Origin: Deinococcales bacterium
Lineage (GTDB): Bacteria > Deinococcota > Deinococci > Deinococcales > JAAFIG01
Direction: 5' to 3'
DNA: 32,792 nucleotides
NCBI GenBank assembly: GCA_031414595.1
Contig: JANNVX010000035.1
Span: forward strand, 1 to 32,792
Numbering within the stretch: position 1 is the first letter of the stretch; each line of letters starts with the position of its first letter. The translations under genes and the position numbers were made by a program. This document shows, piece after piece, positions 18,418 to 28,319 of the stretch. The notes beneath the pieces were generated by a model. That model saw only the letters and a list, made by a program, of their open reading frames with translations, searched no databases and was not told where the DNA came from.

Positions 18418-20352
18418 CTATTCTTGTCCTAGCCAAAAGTATTGGTATGGGGCTAACCAGAGCATCCCAGCTTCAACATAAACGCCTTTTTTGGTAATTA
18501 AATCTCTGGCTTGACTAAACCCAAGCCACCAAGCTGGAATGGCTTGCGGTTCTTCGCTAAAATTGAAAAGGCATAATAAACGACCAAGCGGATGTTGCCG
18601 TTCAAAGGCAAAAATATGGGCATTGGGCGACTCGAGAACTGTACTTTCGATGGCAGCATGTAAATGTGGCGTGCGAACTCGAGCCTCAATGATTTGCTTC
18701 ATCCCTTTTTGAACTTGTTGTTGGGCTTGTTGCTGCAAGGTACTTGGCTGCTCGAGTTGCTTCAGTAATTCCCAAGGCATAGCAGGGCGATGCACCCAAC
18801 GGTTGTCCATTGCCATTTCAGGGTTTTCGAGAAAACTATGGTCGTTGAGGAGCGCGAGTTCATCACCCATGTACAAAAGCGGCACACCACCAAACGAAAA
18901 CACGATGGCATGGGTCATGAGTAAGCGCTGGACACTTAATTCCACCAAGTCTGGGTTTTGTTGATCAAAGGCTTGCTCCAAACCCGCTAAACTAGCCGCA
19001 CTGCCAGAAATACGGCGGTCATGGGTTTTGGGGTTTTCTTGAAAAACCAGTCCTTTGGCAAATGTTCCTGCAAATTCGCCACTGTAAAAATCGGATAAGA
19101 ACTTGCGGTGTCCGTAGCCATCCACGCCAACCGCTACCGCATCAGCATCTGAAATTGCCCAACCAATGTCGTCATGGCAACGCAAATAGGTGTTCCAAGC
19201 AGTGTTGGCAGGTTTAGCAGGAAATTGGCGCAGTGCATGACTCATTAAGCGCGTGTCTCTCGAGGCAAGACTAGACCAGAGTTGCACCATTAGGGTGTTG
19301 TGATAAGCGGTGTCCGAAACCATGCCGTAATGCTGTTCGCGCCCAAGGTAATGAATCAGGTCGTTGGGTGGCACAATTGCTTCGGCTTTAATCATCACGG
19401 CTGGGGTGACAATCCGCGCCACACTGCGAAGCGCTTGGGTAATCTGATGCACTTCGGGTAAATTCTGGCAATTCGTACCGATTTTTTTCCAAATAAACGC
19501 AATCGCATCCAATCTAAAAATATCAATGCCCTTATTAGACAACCACAAAATCACATCGGTGAACTCGAGAAAAACCTCAAAGTTACTCCAATTTAAGTCC
19601 CATTGCCAAGCATTGAAGGTTGTCCAAACCCAGTTTTTAGACTCAGCGTTCCAAGTAAAGTTACCCGGTGCAAAATCGGGAAAAACTTCTGGCAGGCTCT
19701 GCTCGAACTGGTCTGGGATTTGGCGGTCTGGGAAAAAATAAAAGTAGTCTTGGTATTTTTTTTCGCCACTGCTTGCCCGAGTTGCCCATTCGTGTTCCAT
19801 TGCCACATGATTTAAGACCAAATCACAACACAAGCTAATGCCTTTTTGGTGCAAAACTGTAGTCAAATGCTCTAAGTCATCCATTGTGCCGAGGTCAGAA
19901 CGGATTTCACGGAAATTCTGGACGGCATACCCACCGTCGTGCGGGGCTGGACGTGGTTGCAAAAAAGGCATCAGGTGCAAATAACTTACCTTTAACGACT
20001 CGAGATACGGAATTTTTTCAATCACCCCGCGTAAATCCCCAGCAAAACGCTCGGTATACGCCACATACGCCACCGTCTCGGGGCGTTGAAACCAATCCGG
20101 GGACAGGCGGCGCTCGAGGTCAATGGCACGCAAACTGGGCTTACGCACCACATGATGCTGCACCATGATTTCTAAGAGTGAATGCACTTGGACATTCGTT
20201 ACCTGATACACACCCAAGCCCGCCAGCAAATCAGGCAAGTAACGTTTTAACCGCGCCAAAAAAATCTCGCGCTGAGGTATAGCAGCAGGAATCTTTGACT
20301 CGAGTGAATCGAGCAAAACTTGTTGATCTGGGGTCAGAGAAGTTGAAAACAT
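18418..20352 (-). CDS. Amylosucrase / sucrose hydrolase, GH13 subfamily 4
   Basis: YLHLMP, DGGYAV, DLVLNH, FRLDAIAF (nucleophile), KAEAIV (acid/base), RCHDDIGW, RISGSAASLAG, DNRWVHRP. Confidence 0.9.
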   Translation of the reverse strand: MFSTSLTPDQQVLLDSLESKIPAAIPQREIFLARLKRYLPDLLAGLGVYQVTNVQVHSLLEIMVQHHVVRKPSLRAIDLERRLSPDWFQRPETVAYVAYTERFAGDLRGVIEKIPYLESLKVSYLHLMPFLQPRPAPHDGGYAVQNFREIRSDLGTMDDLEHLTTVLHQKGISLCCDLVLNHVAMEHEWATRASSGEKKYQDYFYFFPDRQIPDQFEQSLPEVFPDFAPGNFTWNAESKNWVWTTFNAWQWDLNWSNFEVFLEFTDVILWLSNKGIDIFRLDAIAFIWKKIGTNCQNLPEVHQITQALRSVARIVTPAVMIKAEAIVPPNDLIHYLGREQHYGMVSDTAYHNTLMVQLWSSLASRDTRLMSHALRQFPAKPANTAWNTYLRCHDDIGWAISDADAVAVGVDGYGHRKFLSDFYSGEFAGTFAKGLVFQENPKTHDRRISGSAASLAGLEQAFDQQNPDLVELSVQRLLMTHAIVFSFGGVPLLYMGDELALLNDHSFLENPEMAMDNRWVHRPAMPWELLKQLEQPSTLQQQAQQQVQKGMKQIIEARVRTPHLHAAIESTVLESPNAHIFAFERQHPLGRLLCLFNFSEEPQAIPAWWLGFSQARDLITKKGVYVEAGMLWLAPYQYFWLGQE

Positions 20353-20354
20353 AT

Positions 20355-20368
20355 CGTAAACGCTTACG
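20355..20368. promoter_or_regulatory. LacI-family-like operator upstream of amylosucrase
   Basis: Palindrome CGTAAACGCTTACG (central CG) sits between an extended -10 (TGtTAAACT, minus strand) and the ATG. Confidence 0.6.
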
Positions 20369-20374
20369 GGTAGT

Positions 20375-21502
20375 TTAACATATAAATTGCATCAACGCCT
20401 GTAAAACATAAGAATGGTCAAGGCGTTCTTGCTCTAAACGCCAATTGTGCTTTTGTAATTCAAGAAAAAATTGCTGTTCTGGTGGGGTCAGATACCCAAG
20501 TTCAGCTTGTGCCAACGGTTGGGAGTCAACAATAAAGTGGTAAAACTTCTCAAAGGTGGCTTGATCCATCAGAATGCTTTGGGTCTTTGGAAAGTGCCTT
20601 CGTAGGTTTGATAAAATCTGAAAACCATGCACATCCATATCGCCCCAATACCAAAGTTGGCAATTGTTTAACCAAGTCACCGCACCCAATGAACCCACTG
20701 CGCCACCACGTCCCCAAATCGCAATGGTATTTTTAAGGTTGGGTAGGGTTAAAAAAGTTTTTTTGTTCTCAACCATCAAACATGAAAGTTTGTGCCAATC
20801 CAAACCAAAAAATTCGGACAGTGGCACACTCACATCAGAAACCCGAAATCCAAGTTGGCTTTGTAAGTCAGCATCTAAAAACCGCACTCGGATTAAAGGT
20901 TCTTCGGAGCGCAGACCAAAACGTGGTTCAAAATCGGTGGTGTTCCAGTCAATCACCTCGCTTGGTAGAACTGTCTCGAGCAAATGGCGCAAAACAGCTT
21001 GATACTGCTCGATGAACTTTGTATGCACCGAAATTGGCAATTCTCGAGCATATAGATTCGGACGTGGATGCTCTAAAAAATACTGACAAACCCGCAGTAA
21101 CTCGAGCCAAACCCCATGATACTCAGGTAAAAGCATCGGCTTTTTGACAAGCAAAGTTAAAATAATTGGTAACTCAACCCGAACCAAAGCAAGGTCAGCT
21201 TCGGCATTGGAAAATTCAACACTTTTGCCAATCAAAGCCAAATAATCTTGGGCAGTGTCAATCCAAAGTTTTTTGGCAATGGTTTGGGTTTGGTGCGCTC
21301 TGGTCTGGCGAGTTTCACGCTGGGTGCGCGTGTACTTTATCGGCTCGAGCCACTGGGTTTGATGCTGACGCAACTGACTGTAATCACCATTGGGTGGCGG
21401 GATATGCCAAAAGAACGGTTCAAAAGGTTCACCCCGTAACCATGCACTTAAAAAGGCTGGGTAACGCTTTTCGGCTCGGGATTTGATCTCATTTCTGGTC
21501 AT
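20375..21502 (-). CDS. jetD: Wadjet nuclease JetD (DUF3322 + DUF2220 Toprim)
   Basis: NLYARELP..VHTKFIE; Toprim VENKKTFL and YWGDMDVHGFQIL; RLEQERL; last gene of the operon. Confidence 0.9.
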   Translation of the reverse strand: MTRNEIKSRAEKRYPAFLSAWLRGEPFEPFFWHIPPPNGDYSQLRQHQTQWLEPIKYTRTQRETRQTRAHQTQTIAKKLWIDTAQDYLALIGKSVEFSNAEADLALVRVELPIILTLLVKKPMLLPEYHGVWLELLRVCQYFLEHPRPNLYARELPISVHTKFIEQYQAVLRHLLETVLPSEVIDWNTTDFEPRFGLRSEEPLIRVRFLDADLQSQLGFRVSDVSVPLSEFFGLDWHKLSCLMVENKKTFLTLPNLKNTIAIWGRGGAVGSLGAVTWLNNCQLWYWGDMDVHGFQILSNLRRHFPKTQSILMDQATFEKFYHFIVDSQPLAQAELGYLTPPEQQFFLELQKHNWRLEQERLDHSYVLQALMQFIC

Positions 21503-21505
21503 GGT

Positions 21506-24500
21506 TCACTCTTCACTTGCCCAGCGTTGTTTTTCAGATTCATACTCGGCAAGTGTCAAGTTATAGACCTGAGAATTATCCTCTTCTGGGGTGTTGATCA
21601 CAAAATGACAACTTTGGATAAAGGTTTCAACCACATGGGTTTTATCTTTGGGTGTGACCACCAAAAGCTGCAATTCTAATTGCTCAAATAAGCTCATGGC
21701 GTACCTCGAATTGGCTTCATCGGACTTACTAAAGGCTTCGTCTACCACCACAAACCGAAAGGTTTTAGGATTACTCTTGTCCAATTGATACTGATAAGCA
21801 ATTGCCGAAGCCAAAATTGTATAGGCAAGTTTGGCTTTTTGTCCACCTGATTTACCACTCGAGCCTTCATAATAATTTTTTTCTTTGTTTGATTCTCGGT
21901 ATTTTTCCCTTGCACCAAAAACCCGCCATTGGCGCACATCAGTTACTTTTTCTGTCCATTTGGCATCGGCAGAAAATCGTTCAATCAAAGTTTTGATACG
22001 CCTATAGTTTTCTTCTCGCATTTCAAGGTTCTGCAATTGCCCTTGGTCGGGAGTACAAGCCCTTAAGAGATTGCGAAAATCGGTAATGGCAACATCAGGG
22101 TTCTTTTTTGCCTCGAGTTGAATATAGGTAGACGGTGTGTAGTCAATTCGCTCTAAGGCACTGTTTAGGGCTTTGATGCTGTCTAAAATATCTTCTTCTT
22201 GTTTCTCGAGATGAAACTGAAAACTTTTAATTGCAATTGTAATTTTATCGTCCAGCCATTCCTTAAACTGCTCACGGTGCTTGGGTAAATCATCGCGCTC
22301 TAAACGTTCGAGTAAACGCTGGTACTCGGCAAGCGAGGCAATCGTGGCATCTAATTCAGTGCTGTCTGCCGCAAACCGACGACAAAATTCGCTCATCGTT
22401 TCTTCGATTCTTTTTTGTACGCCATTGGCTTGTCCAAGATACGATTTACTGCGTTTGGTCAGCGAATCTTTGAGGCTGTCTAGTAAATCGGCCGCGTTCT
22501 CGAGGTCAATGGTTTTCCCACGCAATTCGGTTGCTATGGTTTGGCTAAAAGCCTGCCAAAGATGGCTCGGTATTTCTGCAAGCAGTTTTTGCAACTTATG
22601 GATTTGGGCTTGGTGTTCGGCTAAGCCACGTTTTTGTCCACCTAAATCTTGATCTGACTTTTGGCGTTGCTGCTCGAGTTCTTTTTGTCGTGCCTGACAG
22701 GTTTTAAGTTGTTCTTGCAAGACTGCCAAATGATTGGATTGGGCTTCAAGCGCCAAGTGCTGAGCGGTCAGTTGCTCGAGTTGGATGGCATGGGGTTGCC
22801 AATCGAGGTCTTGGAATTGGCTAAAGTCAAGTAAACGCTGCCAGATTTTTTGTTGTTCTGCTAAGGCTTTACGGGTTTTTTCAAGGTTATGAATATCAGA
22901 TAAGGCGGTGCTGTAATCCACAGCAGCGTTGGAACGTTCTTCTTCTAAAGCCTTTAACTTATCCAAGTTGCTCCAGCCCAATACATAGGTTTTGGCATCG
23001 CCAAGGTTTTTGCTGTCATCTTTTTCATGGCGGTTTTCGTTGTGTTTAATTTGCCCCGATAAACTTAATGCCCGACGCTCGAGCCTAAATTGTTCAATTG
23101 AATCACAGCAGATAAAATCCCAGCGTTCCAAAAGTTCCTGTCGCAACCATGCCTGCATTGGATGACTGGGTTTAACCTCGAGTTTACTCACCAACATCGC
23201 GGGTTCTGCTTCATCGTTGTGGCTGTTGCGCCGAGGCAAAGTGCGTAAATACACCAAACGCCCACGCAAATGGGTTTGATTGACATATTCGCTGACCCGT
23301 GCATACAAGGGTTCTGGCACAAGCAATTGCTTGGCAAAGGGATTTAACAAGCGCTCAATCGCAGCTTCCCATTTGTTTTCTTGGTTTTTAACCCGAATCA
23401 GTTCTCCAGCAAAAGGCAAGGTCTCTTCTGAAATCCCCAAAGCATGGGTCATCTGAGCGCGAATTTGCAAATTGGCACTGGGGATATTGCTTTGACGCGT
23501 ACTGAGCGAATCAATCTCGTTTTTGAGTGCCAACAAATCGGTTCTTAATTTACTGGCTTCAACTTCGGCTTCAATGCGTTCCTGTTGTGATTCCTCGAGT
23601 TTTAGCTCTAAATTCTGGATTTGCTTTTGGGCTTCTAAACGCAAATGATTAAATTCAGGCAACGATACGACTGAAGCTAAACCCAACTGACCAAGTAAGG
23701 TGTTGTACTCCTGCATTTTACGTTTTTTCTGATCCAAAACAGCACCAAGTCCATTGATTTCGCGTTGCAATTCGCTTAAGCGCTTGCCAACATCATCATT
23801 TTGAATGCTGAGTTTAAGGTTTAAGGCAGTGTTTTGTTCTTGCTCGAGACTGATTTGAATTTCTTGGCGTTGCTGCTCTAAAGCCTCGAGTTGCATCTGA
23901 GCGGCTTGGACAGCTTGGGTGCGTAAGTCGAGTTGGCACTGGGCAAAATAAAACTTGGTGGCTTCAGCACTTTTTTCGGCTTGAACCATTTTTTCTTGTA
24001 AAGCCAAAAATTCGAGGTTATGCTGCATCATCGGTTGTAATAAATCAATTTGTTGCTGAGCTTTGAGGATTGCATCATGGGCTTTAGAAAGGTTCTCGAA
24101 CTGTTCACGCAAACTGCGAATCTGCCCATCGGTGTCTGGTTTCTCGAGCATATGGGAGCGCACAAATTCATTTAAGCCCGTGATTTCTTTGATCGAAACG
24201 GTTTGGTTAAATAAATCCAGTGCCTTATCTGAACGCAAACCAAAGCGCTTAATAAAATCTAAGCTGTACTTTTTGAATTCATCATAAAGGCTTGCCCCTT
24301 GACTGCGTAAACGTTTTTTTAAGCCAGCCACTTCGCCATCCAAACGAAAATCAGCCGCGATACTGAGCGGTTTACCCGCCACTAGATAAAAATGTTCAGG
24401 ATTGGCGTTGCCAGCCCAGTAAAATACAGCCGCCAATGAAACCACTTCTTTGCTTGGGGCATCCTTAAATTGAGCCAGCAAAACACTATAATTGTCTTTG

Positions 24501-24808
24501 TCACGCAAATAACGAATACTCGAGCTTGTTTCGTTATCTTCGGTGGTGCGCTTATACGCGCCGCGCACATAGGAAGTTTCGTTGCGTTCACGCTTAGCCA
24601 CATCACCCGAAGCCTGATTGTAATTGCGTTGCCGCGACGACACCAAAAGAGTTAAAAACGCGTCCACCAGTGTGGACTTACCCGAGCCGTTTGCACCAAC
24701 CAAAAGGGCTGTACCGCCATTAACCTCAAGCGACCAGACATGATGACTGAACGTCCCCCAGTTGTAAACCTCGAATTTCTCGAGCCGAAAACCACGGCGT
24801 TTTTTCAT
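21506..24808 (-). CDS. jetC: Wadjet SMC-like ATPase JetC
   Basis: 1100 aa; YNWGTF, Walker A GANGSGKST, long coiled coils, signature KSGGQK, Walker B VVVDEAFSK. Confidence 0.92.
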   Translation of the reverse strand: MKKRRGFRLEKFEVYNWGTFSHHVWSLEVNGGTALLVGANGSGKSTLVDAFLTLLVSSRQRNYNQASGDVAKRERNETSYVRGAYKRTTEDNETSSSIRYLRDKDNYSVLLAQFKDAPSKEVVSLAAVFYWAGNANPEHFYLVAGKPLSIAADFRLDGEVAGLKKRLRSQGASLYDEFKKYSLDFIKRFGLRSDKALDLFNQTVSIKEITGLNEFVRSHMLEKPDTDGQIRSLREQFENLSKAHDAILKAQQQIDLLQPMMQHNLEFLALQEKMVQAEKSAEATKFYFAQCQLDLRTQAVQAAQMQLEALEQQRQEIQISLEQEQNTALNLKLSIQNDDVGKRLSELQREINGLGAVLDQKKRKMQEYNTLLGQLGLASVVSLPEFNHLRLEAQKQIQNLELKLEESQQERIEAEVEASKLRTDLLALKNEIDSLSTRQSNIPSANLQIRAQMTHALGISEETLPFAGELIRVKNQENKWEAAIERLLNPFAKQLLVPEPLYARVSEYVNQTHLRGRLVYLRTLPRRNSHNDEAEPAMLVSKLEVKPSHPMQAWLRQELLERWDFICCDSIEQFRLERRALSLSGQIKHNENRHEKDDSKNLGDAKTYVLGWSNLDKLKALEEERSNAAVDYSTALSDIHNLEKTRKALAEQQKIWQRLLDFSQFQDLDWQPHAIQLEQLTAQHLALEAQSNHLAVLQEQLKTCQARQKELEQQRQKSDQDLGGQKRGLAEHQAQIHKLQKLLAEIPSHLWQAFSQTIATELRGKTIDLENAADLLDSLKDSLTKRSKSYLGQANGVQKRIEETMSEFCRRFAADSTELDATIASLAEYQRLLERLERDDLPKHREQFKEWLDDKITIAIKSFQFHLEKQEEDILDSIKALNSALERIDYTPSTYIQLEAKKNPDVAITDFRNLLRACTPDQGQLQNLEMREENYRRIKTLIERFSADAKWTEKVTDVRQWRVFGAREKYRESNKEKNYYEGSSGKSGGQKAKLAYTILASAIAYQYQLDKSNPKTFRFVVVDEAFSKSDEANSRYAMSLFEQLELQLLVVTPKDKTHVVETFIQSCHFVINTPEEDNSQVYNLTLAEYESEKQRWASEE

Positions 24809-25407
24809 AAGTCCTCTACGTTGTCAGATTTGCTCGGGTCTGATGTGCGAATAGACTCGAGCAACTGATTTTTTAAGCCCAGCAATTGCTCGGCGCTGAT
24901 TCTGGCTTTGATAATAAAACGCACTTCAAAACGGTCTGTGCCAGTCAATGGGCGAAGAAAACCAAGTTTGACGGCTTCTTTGATTGTTTGGTCAAATTTT
25001 TTATACAAACTGCGTTCGTCTAGTTTATCTACCGAAAATGGGCGTTGTAAATCGTATAAATCATCGAGCGTTAAAAGCAATTTATCCGAATCTGGGGTGC
25101 TGCTCTCAAACTGCTCCAAACGCTCACGCAGTAAGACACAGAGCATCGTAATCTCACGCCCCAAGCGATGCCGAGCCACCAAACGCGGCATTGGGATTAT
25201 TTCACCAGATTCATCCTCGAGTTCAGGTTGACGTAAAAAAGCATAACCATCGGCTTCTTGTAAAACCAACTCGAGTCCAATTCGAGCAAAATCTTGGCGA
25301 ATCACTTTTTCAAAATGCAGCAACCTCAGCCATGTCACACGGTCATCGTATTCGATTGCCCCTTGTAAAAGCCGCAACATTAACGGTGCATGTTCATCTG
25401 GACGCAT
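24805..25407 (-). CDS. jetB: Wadjet JetB (DUF4194)
   Basis: About 200 aa; IGLELVLQEADGYAFLRQ and LCVLLRERL; AGGAG RBS before the ATG at 25407; overlaps jetA and jetC. Confidence 0.88.
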   Translation of the reverse strand: MRPDEHAPLMLRLLQGAIEYDDRVTWLRLLHFEKVIRQDFARIGLELVLQEADGYAFLRQPELEDESGEIIPMPRLVARHRLGREITMLCVLLRERLEQFESSTPDSDKLLLTLDDLYDLQRPFSVDKLDERSLYKKFDQTIKEAVKLGFLRPLTGTDRFEVRFIIKARISAEQLLGLKNQLLESIRTSDPSKSDNVEDL

Positions 25408-26812
25408 CGGCACTCCTAAAGGTCATCAGTGGTACACGCCATTGCTGACGATCAAGCTCGAGTACAACCGATTGGCTGGGGTCAAGGCTGTGCTGTTTTT
25501 CACGACCCGCCAGCGTTAAATAACCCAGAATTTCGGAAAGTCCCTGCTTTAATGGATAAACTTCTAGCACATCTTGTAGTGTACAACTTGAACGTGATTC
25601 AAGCAGAACTGAAATACGCCCAAGCAGCTCATATTCATTGACCCAAAATTGCTGATACAACCCCGCAAACACAGGATTGGAAAAATCCAGAACCTCAGCT
25701 TTGGTCGGTTGAATGTTGAGGCGCTGCACCATTGATGCTTCCCATAAGCCTTTCTCAAGAGGTAAAACCACCTCTGGGTCGCCGTCCAACTCGAGCCAAA
25801 AAGCCTGATGAGGCGCAAACATCGCAAGTTGTTTAATTTCTAAAAGTAATTCACGCACCCTGCGCCGTTCAATCAGATTTTGTTCGTCGAGTAAACGCCT
25901 GAGTTGTTCTGCCAAACGCTGATTGGACTGCACCACTTTTTCACCTGCATCGCCAAGGTAACGAATAATCCGTTTTAAGACCACCTGTTCGTCCACCACA
26001 TCTTGCAGTACCGGTAAGGCATAAACTTGTTCGAGCAGAACCCGCAATTCGGTGCGTTTATTTTCCGAAGATAAAAAGTTCCAAAAAGCATAAAAACTTC
26101 TTCCCTGCATCGAGTCACGCAATTGTTGGTCGGCATCCAGTACAAAACCCAGCAATGAACCTTTTCTTGAATCAGGCTCGAGTTGGCGTTCCTGAACGGT
26201 GCGAGCAATTCCACGAAAATTCTCTTCGATGGCTGCAAAATCTGATAGTAAACCTTTAGCAAGGTCGCTGGCTTGCCAGAAACGCTCACGCAGTTGGGTC
26301 TCGGAAAATGCTTCAACTGCATTGCGTTCAAGAATCAAATCAATCTCGGCTTGAATCTTTTTTTTCTCCTGCTCGAGTTGTAAAACCCGAGTGGCTACAT
26401 CTTCGGTGCTTTTTGAAACAATTTGCTCAAGCAAATCAAACATGCTTAAAAAACGCGATTCTGTTCCAACAAATTGATGCTGATACAAACTCTCGAGCCA
26501 AGTGATACAACGCTCGGTATCGGCGGTTAGTTCAACCAAATCGGCTTGTTCACGACGAATAATCCGAATAATCCGGTGTTCTTCATCTGCCCAATCTTTA
26601 AGGTAGGCTGCGGCGGCTTTTGGGTAATCCTCGCTTTTATCCTCGAGAAAATTTTCCAGTTGCGAAACCAATTCGGGCATGGGTACATTGAGGCGTTGGG
26701 TCAACTTAAATTGGGCATATAAAAACCCAAAAATCATCGGGGCATTTTTACTGCGTAATAATTTCAAACTGATTGAATGCTGAAAGTCAAATTGTAAACG
26801 CGGATAATCCAT
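25394..26812 (-). CDS. jetA: Wadjet JetA (DUF3375)
   Basis: 472 aa; LLRSKNAP, FVGTESRF, QGRSFYAFWNFL, PLKQGLSEILGYL; first gene of the operon. Confidence 0.88.
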   Translation of the reverse strand: MDYPRLQFDFQHSISLKLLRSKNAPMIFGFLYAQFKLTQRLNVPMPELVSQLENFLEDKSEDYPKAAAAYLKDWADEEHRIIRIIRREQADLVELTADTERCITWLESLYQHQFVGTESRFLSMFDLLEQIVSKSTEDVATRVLQLEQEKKKIQAEIDLILERNAVEAFSETQLRERFWQASDLAKGLLSDFAAIEENFRGIARTVQERQLEPDSRKGSLLGFVLDADQQLRDSMQGRSFYAFWNFLSSENKRTELRVLLEQVYALPVLQDVVDEQVVLKRIIRYLGDAGEKVVQSNQRLAEQLRRLLDEQNLIERRRVRELLLEIKQLAMFAPHQAFWLELDGDPEVVLPLEKGLWEASMVQRLNIQPTKAEVLDFSNPVFAGLYQQFWVNEYELLGRISVLLESRSSCTLQDVLEVYPLKQGLSEILGYLTLAGREKQHSLDPSQSVVLELDRQQWRVPLMTFRSADASR

Positions 26813-26869
26813 TCTGGGTTCATTTTACGCAATTTGAACCAAACAATGCTTTAGCGCGTACACTTGGTC

Positions 26870-28267
26870 ATGATGCCCGCCTTTATTGCCAGTGTTGCGC
26901 TTGCCGCCATTAGCCTACTTGCTCGAGTTTTAATTGGTATACCCTCACCACTTGAAAAACTCTATACAACCATTACTTTTTGGCTTGGTACACCACAAAT
27001 GTTCCAGTTGGTGCATAAATTACTTGGCTTTGGCGAAGCTGGTAAAATTGCGGCTTTTCTCGGCTCGAGCCTACTTTTTATCGGTGGCATAACTGTACTT
27101 GGTCTAACCCCAATTCTAAGCGCCACGATTGGGGTAGGGCTGATTTCGCTGCTGCTGTTGTTCTCGAGCCAAGGAATTAGCGCCATTATTTGGGCTATTG
27201 GTTATGCGGGGCTTTACTATGGTATCCGTCGCGCCCTCGAGCCATTACAAACAGACCCGACAAGACGCACCACCCTACAAACCCTGACAGGTGGCGCAGT
27301 TGGTGTGCTTGGGCTGGGTGCTTTTGGTATTTTGCAACCACTTTTGCGCGGCACGAGTGCAGTGGCGGCTTCGGCAGTGGATAAAAACGCAATCAAACTG
27401 CCAGACGGCATTGTTTCCCAAAAAGATTTGTACTATGTTTCGATCAATAACGAAGTCCTAGACCCAAAAGTCAAAGAAGAATCGTGGACACTCGAGCTTG
27501 GCGGTATGGTCAAAAATCCGCAAAAATTTAAGCTCCAAGAACTCAAAGACCAGTTTGCCCCACAAGACCTTGAATTCACCATGAGTTGTATTTCTAATCC
27601 CGTCGGCGGCACTTTAATTGGCAACTGTATGTGGCGCGGGTTGCGGGTCAAAGACCTGCTCGAGAAAGTTGGGATTGAAGCTGGGGCAAAATGGATTACA
27701 TGGGAAGCCGCCGATGGTTTCTATGAATCCTTACCGCTCGGTGAGGCTTTAGAAGAAAATGTATTGCTGGCGTATTTTATTAACGGTGAGCCACTGAACG
27801 ACAAGCACGGTTTTCCGTTGCGCTTGATTTTACCGGGGCATTACGGCATGAAGCAACCACGCTGGATGACCAAAATTACCCTCTCGAGCGAAGAGCGCCT
27901 TGGCTACTGGGCAAATCGTGGTTGGAGCAAAACCGCTTATATTCAACCACACAGCCGCATAGATGATTTACCAAAACTTAAAGCTGGCGAATCTGCCACC
28001 CTGCGCGGCATTGCTTACGCTGGCATTCACGAAATCGAAAAAGTCGAAATCAGCACCGATGGCGGTCAAACATGGAACAGTGCCGCCCTCGAGAAACGCG
28101 CCCGCTACGCATGGACACGTTGGAGTTTGGCATGGACTCCAACCAGTGGCAATCACCAGTTGATTGTGCGCTCTTACGCCCAAGGGAAAGTCCAGACCGA
28201 AGAAGTCCGCGACAGCCTGCCCGAAGCCGCCAGTGGTTGGCACAAAATTAACGCCTATGTTGGATAA
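26870..28267 (+). CDS. Membrane-anchored molybdopterin-dependent oxidoreductase (sulfite oxidase family)
   Basis: N-terminal TM helices; CISNPVGG (Mo-Cys), NGEPL..HGFPLRL..PGHYGMKQPRW, VEISTDGG. TACACT lies 5 nt upstream of the ATG at 26870. Confidence 0.88.
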   Translation: MMPAFIASVALAAISLLARVLIGIPSPLEKLYTTITFWLGTPQMFQLVHKLLGFGEAGKIAAFLGSSLLFIGGITVLGLTPILSATIGVGLISLLLLFSSQGISAIIWAIGYAGLYYGIRRALEPLQTDPTRRTTLQTLTGGAVGVLGLGAFGILQPLLRGTSAVAASAVDKNAIKLPDGIVSQKDLYYVSINNEVLDPKVKEESWTLELGGMVKNPQKFKLQELKDQFAPQDLEFTMSCISNPVGGTLIGNCMWRGLRVKDLLEKVGIEAGAKWITWEAADGFYESLPLGEALEENVLLAYFINGEPLNDKHGFPLRLILPGHYGMKQPRWMTKITLSSEERLGYWANRGWSKTAYIQPHSRIDDLPKLKAGESATLRGIAYAGIHEIEKVEISTDGGQTWNSAALEKRARYAWTRWSLAWTPTSGNHQLIVRSYAQGKVQTEEVRDSLPEAASGWHKINAYVG

Positions 28268-28276
28268 ACCAATTCT

Positions 28277-28319
28277 TAAACTCGAGGCATAAAATATTAT
28301 GCCTCGAGTTTATTTTTTT
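28277..28319. terminator. Intrinsic terminator with CTCGAG-containing stem between convergent genes
   Basis: TAAACTCGAGGCATAA-aata-TTATGCCTCGAGTTTA (perfect 16-bp stem) followed by a T tract. Confidence 0.9.
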
